64,000 nt of DNA from Zygnema circumcarinatum SAG 698-1b (taxonomy: Eukaryota; Plantae; Zygnematophyceae): positions 2,790,001-2,854,000 of the forward strand of contig CM074806.1 of the NCBI GenBank assembly GCA_037447605.1. Reading direction: 5' to 3'. Positions 23,458-34,405 of this stretch are shown piece by piece (position 1 is the stretch's first letter; every line of letters starts with the position of its first letter). The translations under genes were made by a program, and so were the position numbers. Below the pieces are notes generated by a model that saw nothing but the letters and a program-made list of their open reading frames with translations, was not told the origin of the DNA and searched no databases.

Positions 23458-26400
23458 ATGGGCAAGGGCCATGGCGCTGCCGCCATGGTGCCGCTGCTGC
23501 TCGCGCTGCTGCTCTTGTGTGCCCCCGCTCAACAGACCTTGCAAGCTGAGAGTTTGGAAGATGGTGAGGCATCGTCCCAGCTGGAGGAGCTGCAGTATTC
23601 CATATCCAGAACGGCAGTGGAGGTGCATGAGGAGAGGTCTGAGCTTCCGAGGCCTCCCGGAACGTGCGGATGTTATACCCATGGCGCTAAGGGCTTTGGC
23701 CGCGATTGCTTGAGAAGCACATGTATCTGCCACCTGGCATGCGTTTACAGCAACCGTATTGTTCTTTTCGGGAGAGAATGCTCCAATCCGGCGCCGCCGG
23801 TTCAAGGTGCAGTGCCAGAGCCTTCTACTAAAGGCAAAAGAGCCTTCTGGAACAAGAGTTCCTTATGACCTGAGATCAGAGAAAACATGAACCGTGGTTT
23901 CTACCTTTCATATTCAGGTGAAACTTTAATTTCAATTTTCTGGGCTCGGGCCCAAGCGTTGATTGAAACGGCAAGGTTTCTGACAGCAATCATCGTCCTC
24001 ACGTTTTGTCGTCCACAAAGGAGTGTTGTTGAGACTGCTGGGATATTTGCCGACGCTGACACGCGCTATGTAGTATGGATGGTATGAGTGAGATTATGTA
24101 ATCGCTTTAGTATTAATCAGACATTTTGCCAGCTCGTGGCAAAACAATCAACCACGTATCACTACTTAACCCGCCTTTGCTTTGCCCTTCGTCTATTTTT
24201 CACTTACTCCCAGTAGAATGCCATCTGACAATACTCAAGTTATGGCTTATGTCCATTCTTCACTGTTCCTTTGTCTTCAATCAAACCTAAATCCTTTCAC
24301 TTACAATCGCCTGTTTGAGTTTCACATGTACTAGAGCTGTGCCAGCCTAGTAACCTACTCGTTTCAGGGCAATGAGACGAAACATTTTTAATGACTACTC
24401 AAGCAAGGGAACAACTTGAGGATGCATGCCATTTACTGTTGTTGCTTTTTACATACAGTAGTCTATAGTCACTCACTGTCATGTTCGCTTTTTTTGATAA
24501 CTACGCAAGCACACAACAGCTTAAGCTCCTCAGTTAGTGTGACAACTGACACAGTAGCTACGCTCCTTCACGATCCATGGTGTGCAGGAAGCGTGTTACG
24601 CCCAGTGAATTGTTCGGCGAGTGAGTTCCCATCAAGACTAAGAAACGCTTTGAAGGCGCTGTGGGGATACATGATAACGGAACGACCAATTGACTGGCTG
24701 GGAAGGCGACGTAGGTATGGTCTGCCATTTATACTCAATGATGCTCCTCATTGCTTCTAGTCGCTCCTTTGTTGTAACAGATATCCATGGTGCTTGCTTA
24801 GAATGTCCAAGTTGGTGTTGACTGATTCTCTTATTACATTTGTGTTTGTGTTATGTTGCTGCTTGTTGTCCTTCATTACGTCGTTAGGCTTTTATTCTCA
24901 GTACTTCAGACATTTGAGAGAAAAGCAGAATGAGTGAAAGATCCAAGTTTCTTTCCCTTTCAAGTTGCTTCACTCGGCTCAAACTCACACAGCAGCCTTG
25001 GGTAGACTGTAAAATGCTTCTTCACTCCCGTTATGTTGGCAACCATGCACAAGACTGTTGATACATGCAAATGTATCCAGCTACCGCATGTAGTTTACCT
25101 TTGCAAAACACTAATGTGTAGTCTACAGCAAGCAGCACAGCAAACATTATGTGGCATTGCTGGGGACGAGGAGGAGGTTGCACCAAAGCAGAGTGGTTGT
25201 AGAACGCGTCTCTGTGGTCTCACAGCTGTCATGGCTGTGGCGTGGGACCTCATGCAGCATCACATGGCTGAATGGCACCACGGCACTCTCAGCCCTTGAC
25301 CCTGCTTCCGTCAATGTATACCACCTTATGACCCAGGTCTTGACGTGGACGTACCTCAACAACCTTTCCGCTGCAGGAGGCCTGCCTTATCCAATCTCCA
25401 GGTCAGCTATGTCAGGCAAGGGTTTACCGCCCTTGAATTCAGGTTACAATCTGTTTGATTCCGTCTTGTCTTTGTGACGTGGTTGTAGTTGCCGAACTCG
25501 TCAGCCACGTCTGGTTGTCAAGTCAGAATTGAATGTCAGTGGCAATGCAGAATGATCATCAAGCGGAGCCTGCCCCTGTTGGAGATTCTAAGGACGAAGG
25601 GAACGTCAAGCCAACAGGCCATCATACTCCACGCCCTCATCATTGGCCTTTTCAACAGCCAATACGGTAAGCTGCTTTTTTCATGCTGGAAGTACATTTA
25701 GATGTTTGTTCTACGAAAAAAAATTGGGCCTTTCAGCGTTCCATTCCATAGGTGACAAATGGAAGTGCTAGGCTTGGTACAGCTATAGGCTCAGATATTC
25801 CATGCTTCTACTTTGAAAGAGAAGTATTCAGTGAGATGTGAGTGGTAGCTTGGTCATGTTCTCGTTTATCCATTGGCATTTTCACAATTGCGTTCGCATT
25901 TGGTGCACATTGGGCACGTTCTCACCACCGTCATGCTTGCTAATTTAAGATGGTGCTTCAATCCCCAATCTCTCTGAAACCATTTCCAACATGACACGCA
26001 TCTTGGAAGGAACCATTGCTATTGGTTGTCTCTCCCCGCGTAAGAGTCATGCCCAAATGTTGTCCTTAGCGTTTCTTTATTTGTCAACATTCTTCCTGTG
26101 GCAGGCGATGAAGAAATAGGGCAGTTGAGGACACAAAATCAAGGAATTCTTGAAAGAGTACTGCATAGCAAACAACACGCTCAATATGACGGCCGGATTC
26201 TTTACGAGAATGACTTGAACATAATGAGTGCTACGCAAAAGAATCCAGTGTGCTTTGATTCGATTATCTTGCCTGGAATGGTCCGGGGCACTCTCTATGA
26301 AGGAGGGCGTGCCTCTGCAGACAAGTTCAAGATGTTCATTCGTCGAGTGGTCGATACTGAAGATCCTCGAGAAGTCCCCGAAGAAGCATCGCTTCAGCCA

Positions 26401-27066
26401 AAACTTCTATACGTGAAACGCAAAACAAAACAGAAGCGAGGCTTTAGCCTTGGCGCTGAAAGGGTCATAGAACGTATTCTCAGCGAACTGAAGATTCCGG
26501 TTAGGACAGTTGTCTTTGAGAACTTGACGTTTTCGGAGCAGTTTAGGGCTGTGCAGTGGGCTGACATCATTTTTGGTTCCCATGGCGCCAACTTGCTGAA
26601 CCCGAGCCTGTTCATGCGGCAGGGGGTGGTCCTGGTCGAGCTCTTTCCATGGCACTTTCTTTGGTTGGGCTATGGCAACACCACCATGGCCTTGGGAGGC
26701 ATCTACATGGGCTACATGCTGGACAAGCCAAGGGGCGGATTTGCATATCATCCTATTTCAGAGTGCTACAGAGACAGCCACTGCTTGAAGGGATATCGAG
26801 ACGTGTATGGGATGTGGCTTACGAGGAATGATACCAGAAAGGTGGAGCAGCTGCTGGCGAGAGCGAAAGCGATTGCTACTGACGTGAGGAAAAAAAGAAG
26901 TCCTGCGACGGGCATGGTGGAGTTGAATTGGTCTCTTTTGAAACCGCACCTTGGTGATGGGTGCATAGAGTATGATGGTCATGCCCAGATGGAATGGTTG
27001 GGGTTTGTAGATGAATCCAAGGGGGAGGTAGACCTCTGTGGGTTCAGTAAAGAGGCTATTTTATAG
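23458..27066 (+). CDS. GT61-like (DUF563) glycosyltransferase, tandem copy 2; about 5 exons
   Basis: Signal peptide/anchor MGKGHGAAAMVPLLLALLLLCAPAQQ and the same Cys-rich motif. The last exon (26105-27066) carries TFSEQFRAVQWADIIFGSHGANLLNPSLFMRQGVVLVELFP. Confidence 0.72.
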
Positions 27067-27659
27067 TTTGAGAAGTAGGAATGAATAGGAAAAGCAAGAT
27101 TTGTTAGAATATTTTGTTCAAGGCAGGTAGTCTTAGAGCTTAGCTCGATTTTCTCGTTGCGCTCGAGGCCAAATTAGGGAAATAAGCAATAATTACCTCG
27201 GGAGCCTCGTCCGCCATGCACAATGTGACAGCGATGCCTTGCTTTGCAACATGATTCTTCTTCCACACGACCTTTGTGTGGCATCAATGTGCCGCCTTTT
27301 TGCCTCGCTTGCAAGTCACAGTCCACAAGGAGAGGCCCCACGCTCGGCTTGGCGGACACGAGGCGGCGGTCCCATGCAATGCAGCGCGGCATGCACTCCT
27401 GCATGCCCGCCCGCCGCCCTCCTCTCTCCCTGCGCTTCGCTTGTGCGGACATGCAGCGAAAGGCGAGCGGGGGGAGGGAGGGTGCTTGCTGCCACGCCAG
27501 AGAGGGTGGAAGGAGCTGGAAGGGCGGCGAGAGGTGTATTGCCGTCCCGAAGAGGCTCGAATGCGGGGGTAGTTGAGGAGGGAGGTCCTGACAGGGGCGA
27601 AGTGCTGGGTATACTGTTCTAGTGGTGCAAGCTGCAGAGTTTGTTCTTGCAGAGTTTAA

Positions 27660-29848
27660 ATGACCGCTGAGGTTACCAAGATGATGGAGACTGTTCACAT
27701 TGAAGCGCGCAAGGATGCAAACCATCCAATGATGGCGGCAGAGTGGCATGGCAAGGAGAATATTAAAGTTCATGAACGCCCGAAGCCTATGGTTACCGAT
27801 CCTGTAGGCACCTTCCATGGCATTCAAGCAGATGCAGAATTGAAAAGCAGCCCGAGAAGCCATGCCTGTTTGGGCTCACTGCACATGCGTTGGGATTTGT
27901 TTTTTCACAGGATCATATGTCTAGTGCATGCTGAAGTTTTCATGGCATGCATCTGTATGGGTCGTAAGCTTTGGTTTCCGTCTGGTCTCCTTTGTTGATT
28001 GCAATAAACCACTCAGACGGTAGGGATCTAATTCGTTCAAAATTGTCACTGGACCTCTACAGAAGGACGTCATTCTGAATATCACTTCAACAGCCATCTG
28101 TGGTTCGGACCTTCACCTGTACTTGGGGTGCTTCCCCGCCATGAAAGAAGGCGACGTTCTTGGACACGAGTTCATGGTAAGTCTGCTTGTGCAGTTGGCT
28201 CAAGGTTACCTTGAAAGTCCCTCGGCGTTTGACAAAGTGGACTTCAGAAATTACGAGTGTTCTCACCCATTATTTCCAATGTGTTTTGTATTGCAGGGCA
28301 TCGTCGAAGAGGTTGGTCCCGAAGTAAAGTCAGTGAAAAAGGGGGACCGCGTAGTTGCCAGCTTTGATATTGCATGCGGTGAGTGCTTCTATTGCGAGCG
28401 GGAGCTCTACAGTGCCTGTGACACAACAAATCCGCCGACACCTGACTCCATCAAGATGGAATCGATATATGGGCACAAGACGTCAGGGATTTTCGGCTAC
28501 TCCCACCTCACAGGAGGATTCGAGGGAGGACAAGCAGAGTATGCAAGGGTGCCATTTGGTAAGCACTTAGTGTGTGACAGTTCTGCGCTATAACGGGAAG
28601 TCGACCGTATCAAAATGGCGAAAACGTGATTCCTATGCTTTTGCCTTTCTTTTGCAGGCGATGTTAATCTTTTGAAGCTTCCCGAGGACCTTCCTGACGA
28701 GCGAGTCCTGTTCCTCTCTGACATCCTTCCAACTGCGTGGCATGCAAACGAGCTCGCACGTGTTGGCAAAGGCGACAGAGTCGCAATCTGGGGCGCTGGA
28801 CCAGGCGAGCTCTCGTCGGTCTGCAGTGGAATTCATCAGCCTGTTGTTCTATTATTCGGCTTTCATAACAGGAGAGCTGTTCTGAAACGTTTTATTTTGA
28901 TTTGACCTGGTTGACATGCATCGCTGGTCAGCTATGGAGCAGTTTAGGCTATCCTTTTTCTTCTTCTTCTTCTTCAGTTTTCCAGTCCTTAATCGGTCCT
29001 GAACATTGATTGAGCTACCGCGTTTATTTTGTCTTTAAAAATTACGGCGGATATGCACTTTATGCAGTGGGTATTCTGGCTGCGCACTGCGCTCTCCACC
29101 GCGGGGCCCACCATGTGATGCTCATTGATCGCTACGATTACCGATTGGCTTTCGCCAAAACGAAGTTGGACAGTCCCAAAGTCTCCACAGTCAACTACAC
29201 CGAAGTGAAGGATCTGAAGGAGGCTTTGTTTGTGAGCTCTTTTTAACAACAGCGCTGCCATTTCGATGTTTGTTGAAAGCTTTGCCTACTTTTGGATAAC
29301 ATTGAACACCTGAACAGATTCAACAACACAGCTACAGCACGCAGACATTCAACCGTTTGCTTTTTTCATTAATCAAAGGAGACCCTTAACGGTTCATTTT
29401 CTTCGAGGTGTAGGACATTGTTGGCAAGAACGGGGTCGACTGTGGCATAGACGCTGTGGGCGTCCACTACACAAAGTCGTGGACGCACAAGCTTCAGACG
29501 GTTTTGAAGATGGAGACCGATCCCTCGGACGTGGTGAACGAAATGATCAGGAGTGTGCGCAAGGGGGGGAACATCGGAATAGTGGGCGTGTACACCGGCA
29601 GCTGCAACAACTTCAACTTGGGAGGATTCATGGAGAAGGGCCTCTCTATGGCGGGTGGCCAGACGCCAGTGCAGAAGTACTGGAAAACGCTGCTCGAGAA
29701 AGTGAAGGCTGAAGAGCTGAAACCGGAGCTCGTCCTCACTCACGTGCTTCCACTGGCGAAGGCGGCTGAGGGTTACAAAATGTTCAATGAGAAGGAGAGC
29801 GGATGCATCAAAGTGATTCTGAAGCCACATGCTTCTCCGGCTGCTTAG
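27660..29848 (+). CDS. Zn-dependent MDR dehydrogenase, glutathione-independent formaldehyde dehydrogenase-like (YbdR/AdhB type), copy 1; exons 27660-27803, 28063-28176, 28297-28558, 28658-28804, 29068-29231, 29414-29848
   Basis: [26 protein letters not shown]...SAC (structural Zn), [16 protein letters not shown]|VG (Rossmann fold) and [10 protein letters not shown]. All junctions are phase-compatible. Confidence 0.9.
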
Positions 29849-30510
29849 AAAACGTGGGACTGTTTCGAGCTGATTGCAACGGTTGCGTGCATGAGGGTGT
29901 GGGTGCGGGGAGGGAGTCCTTCAGAGTTACGAAGGCAGTGCTTGTTAGCAGCGTGGTCGGGATATCAACTATGGGGGGTGGGTGCGGTTCTGTTGGCACG
30001 TGCATCTATCTTGTAAATAGACGAGGGAGTAACTGTGACACTAAGACGCTCAATGTGCTGCCGCGTTGGAGGCACAGGGCTGTTCTGTCTTGTATACGAG
30101 CGCAAGACTTCCAGAGTCGCACACTGCACAACATGGCATGGCGTGGCTTTGCTTTTGTTATTGTCGTGAACGAGTTTGAAGGGACCATTCGTGTCCAGAA
30201 TTGAATGAATTAAATGAATTGAATTGAATGAATTGGATTTTCGCTGAGGGGGGGCTAAGCATAAAAAAACATTAAGGTAAACATAAAAAGAAGTTGAATT
30301 TTGAAAATCCGAGAGGGAGCTAAAATTTCCCCCCCCCCAAAATTGTCATTGTAGGCTCGCCATTGTTCGTGTTACTCGTTTGGCCGCGCTCCCTCCTAGA
30401 CATGAACTTTCCTTTTCTCGTCCCATAGGGCCCGTCGCCCATGGCACCGACCATGAAGCCGATGGGATGTGGGCCGCCGGTCGGGCTGTAATGGTGGAAC
30501 AGGGCGGTAT

Positions 30511-30861
30511 GCCACGTCAGACAAAATTCGCCAAGTGTCACCCTGGTTGTTATGCCACGTCAACGTTCGGCGTGACCCACGTCAATATTCGCACCAGACT
30601 AATTTGCCACGTACGAGAAAATACTCTTTTTCATCGACACGTCATCAGACAGCATGGAACGGAGTCTATTTTTAACACCTGCCAGAATGCCACGTCATAA
30701 GAAGTGCGTGTCTTGTTACGATGGCACGTCATCAGCCGCGTCAGCACACTTGTTCAAGTGCGCGCCACGTCACTTGTCGCGCGGCGAGCAATCGACTGCG
30801 CGCCACGTTGCGCGGTCCCACGCATGGCCGTGCATGGCCGCGAGAAGCGGCGCCACGTGGC
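30511..30861 (+). promoter_or_regulatory. Dense co-oriented array of ACGT-core (GCCACGTCA/G-box) elements upstream of dehydrogenase copy 2
   Basis: Ten CACGT cores in ~350 bp. Seven are CACGTCA (~30513, 30556, 30578, 30638, 30691, 30725, 30766); the others are CACGTA, CACGTT and GCCACGTGGC (30852). Confidence 0.55.
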
Positions 30862-31002
30862 GGCGAGAGCTGTGGGCCTCCTGCGCTTGGCACCTGCGGT
30901 CGAGGCGAGAGGACGAACAGGGATAGCAGGGAGGGTGAGGGGAGGAGCGAAGGGGGAGAGAGAGTGGGCGATTGAAGGTTTCCAGGACGATTTAGTTCAG
31001 CC

Positions 31003-33774
31003 ATGGCGACGGCGACAGAGGTTAGTGAGAGAGTGCAGGGTCTGAGTCTGGAGTCGCGTAAGGATGAGGAGCATCTGATGAAGGCGGTGGAGTGGCACGG
31101 GAAGCAGAAAGTGCATGTGCAGGAGCGACCGCGCCCGCTCGTTACCAACGCTGTGAGTGGGCGAGAGGATGGGAAGGGAGGGGTTGGGTATTCGGTTGGG
31201 GTTTCTTGACAGGCGTCGAGTTCAGGTGTTCGAGCAGACATTGGGGAAAATGTATGACAGCTTCTGTTATTTCAAACGAGGATGGTCGCATATGACTTTG
31301 ACGAATATTTCTTGATTGTTTCGTGGGCTTGCTACAAATCTAATTCCGTGGACTTTGGGTTGAACGCTATAGTATTCTGAACTTTTGTTCCTCTATTTGC
31401 GTTACAATTGTAGAGGAACTAACCTGTCTCTTTCTCTGACAATGCTTGAATTGTTTCAAATGCAGAAGGACGTGGTCATCAAAGTGACGGCAACGGCTAT
31501 CTGCGGCTCTGATCTCCATCTGTATCTTAATGCCATGCCCGGCATGAAGAAAGGCGATGTTTTGGGCCACGAATTTATGGTGATTGCTCTTAATTCAGAG
31601 AGCGGGATCTACTAAGTGGTGGTTTTGAAATTAAGTACTTGAATTCGTTCACGACGTGGCATTGCATAAGTGGAACCGACCTATCGAAGGGGAAACCTAC
31701 GCGACTACAAGACACTGCCTGGCTAGATCTAGTTTGGAACAATATTTGATATTCCCGAGTCATCGAAGTCCTCTCACATGGTAGTTTTCGTGCCTAAAAT
31801 TATCTTGACTAAAGAATGGTATATGACATGGACAAGGCAAGTGAAATTGCAATGCGAATTAGTTCCAAATCAGTTGTACAACCACTTAAGATTGACGGAT
31901 ATCGAGCATAGAGTATCAGTCACTGCCGTAACCAAGGCGCTATATGTTGACTCTTTCGCCGATGCGTTTGTTGCTGTTGTTATGTGCTATGCCGTTGCAG
32001 GTCATATCTAAGTCTGAAAGTTAGGCGGTGTCAACATATTGAATTTCGCAGTGCTGTAGCTCCACACGGGATTGCTGTTAACGCAACGCATGTCACCTGT
32101 TCAGGGAATTGTAGAGGAGGTCGGCCCCGAAGTGGAGCACGTAAAGAAGGGCGACCGTGTGGTGGCCTCCTTCGACCTCGCCTGCGGGGAGTGCTTCTAT
32201 TGCCGCAAGAAGCTCTACACGGCGTGTGATGGGACGAACCTGCCCACTGCGCACAGCTGGGCGCAGGAGACACTGTACGGCCACAAAACTGCGGGTCTTC
32301 TCGGCTATTCTCATCTCACGGGTGGCTATGAAGGCGGCCAAGCGGAATATGCTCGGGTTCCATTTGGTGGGCGCAACTCAACCTTGAACATGCCGTTTTG
32401 GTTGACGTCAGTTGAGAGGGTTGTTTGCTGTCGGCTGTGGTGTATACTTACTTTTTTGCCGCTGCTTTGCACAATAAAATAAGGCTTGTGAGAAAATTAA
32501 CAAGAACAAGGCAGTTTTTTTACACTGAAATTCGTGACGAACATGAGTTTATGCAGGAGACATCAATTTGCTGAAGGTTCCTGACGCTCTCCCGGACAGA
32601 GACGTGCTCTTTCTTTCGGAGATTTTGCCGACTGCTTGGCATGCAAATGTGCTGGCAGACGTGACAGAAGGCGAGACGGTTGCCATTTGGGGGGCTGGCC
32701 CGGGTAAACACTGCTCCTTAAACATTCGATACGGGTGGTATATATAGGGCCTTTCCTAGAAAACGAAAAGTACATTCCTATCTGCCCTTTTTTAACACTT
32801 ATCCTGGAAGTTGAAACTCGGTGTAATTAGCCTTGAGACAGCGGATAAATGTTGAGATTGGATTGGGGCGAATACCTGTCTAGAGGCGGGGAATGAGGAG
32901 CTTCCCCTTGATTGGATTAACTCCGTTCGTTCTAGTTTTTCATTTGGAAGAGACAGTAGGAGAGTCTCATTTTGGTACATCGTCTTTTTTGTTTTTTCTG
33001 CCAAATGAAACGACGTTAATGTTTATTGCTGCAGTCGGCATTCTAGCTGCCCATTGCGCGTTCAACCGCGGAGCGAATCACGTCATTCTCATAGACAATC
33101 AAGAATATCGTCTGGAGTTTGCGAGGAACAAGTTGGAGGGCGGCAAGTTGGATACTATCAATTTTTCGAAGGAGAAGGTTCCAGCAGCATTAGAGGCAAG
33201 GCTTTCTTTAACGTGTCTATTTCTTTCGTCTGTGGAGTCAAGTAAATTGCAGAAACTGTTATTTTCGGCATGCTGACGGCTCTATTGTCCTACTTGGAAC
33301 TGCCATTGAAAGGCGCCTATGCTCGTTGTCCTGCAGAAACTTGTTGGAAAGAACGGTGTCGATGCGGCTATCGAGGCTGTCGGCTTTCATTACACGAAGA
33401 CATGGCTTCACACCATTGAGATGGCAATTGGGTTGGAGACCGACCCGTCCGAAATGCTAAATGAGATCATCGGATGCGTTCGCAAGGGGGGGAAGATTGG
33501 AGTGGTGGGCGTCTATGCGGGTTTTTGCAACCACTTCAACATTGGAGCATTCATGGAGAAGGGGTTATCTATGGCGGCTGGGCAGACGCCTGTACAGAAA
33601 TATTGGCACAAGTTGCTGAACAAGATCGAGAACAAGGAGCTAAATCCGTCTCTCGTTATCACTCACGAGCTGCCTTTAGATAAAGCAGAGGAAGGCTACA
33701 AGATTTTCAATGAGAAGCAGGACGGGTGTGTGAAGGTTGTTCTGAAGCCGGGCCAAGTAGGAATTGCGGCATAA
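31003..33774 (+). CDS. Zn-dependent MDR dehydrogenase (YbdR/AdhB type), copy 2; exons 31003-31152, 31466-31579, 32105-32366, 32557-32703, 33035-33195, 33337-33774
   Basis: Same motifs and same intron positions as copy 1 ([17 protein letters not shown]|[22 protein letters not shown]|[12 protein letters not shown]). Confidence 0.9.
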
Positions 33775-34405
33775 ACGTGCGGACATAGGCAGGAAGATGA
33801 CTAGTGAGGGATTCAGATGCGTGATGGAGACAGTAAATAGCTCTCTTCTTTCAAAAAAAGAAAGAGCAAACAAACAAAGAAAACAAAGAAACAAAGTGTA
33901 CATTGTTCTATAACGAAAACTGAGCGTTCCATGTTGTTTGCTTGAAATAAGCCCATCTTGTGCTCAAAGTGAGAGCTTTTGAATGTCAAAGTAAAACATA
34001 ACTTGGAAAGAAAAAACTGTCTTAATGCTGTGCGAGACGCAACAAGCAAAGTTCTGGCAAAGCAATGGATTTGCTGATCAGAAACAAGTGTTTGATCAAA
34101 CCTAAGAACGGCAATACAAGATGACCTGTCATTCAATCCACAATTTTGTTGTTGGCCAAGATACAGGATTAGTTACACAGCAGAGAGAGAATTTAATCAA
34201 AGCTTTTTGCATTCCGTGTACTACTTACAGCTCCAGTGTGTCTTGATTCTATCTACCATCGACAAGTATGCCCCGCGCAAAATTTTAATCCTTGAAAACA
34301 TTGCAGCAAGCTTATCTCATAGCAGCCCATATGGCATGTGATCATGGCATGTCTTATGTGCGATCCGTTAATCCAAAAGCAAGAGGTGGGAAGGAAGCAC
34401 AGCCA

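Noticed and set aside
30200-30238. (TGAAT)-like short repeat as a heat-shock element
   Set aside because: It lacks the inverted nGAAn/nTTCn arrangement and is treated as a simple repeat.
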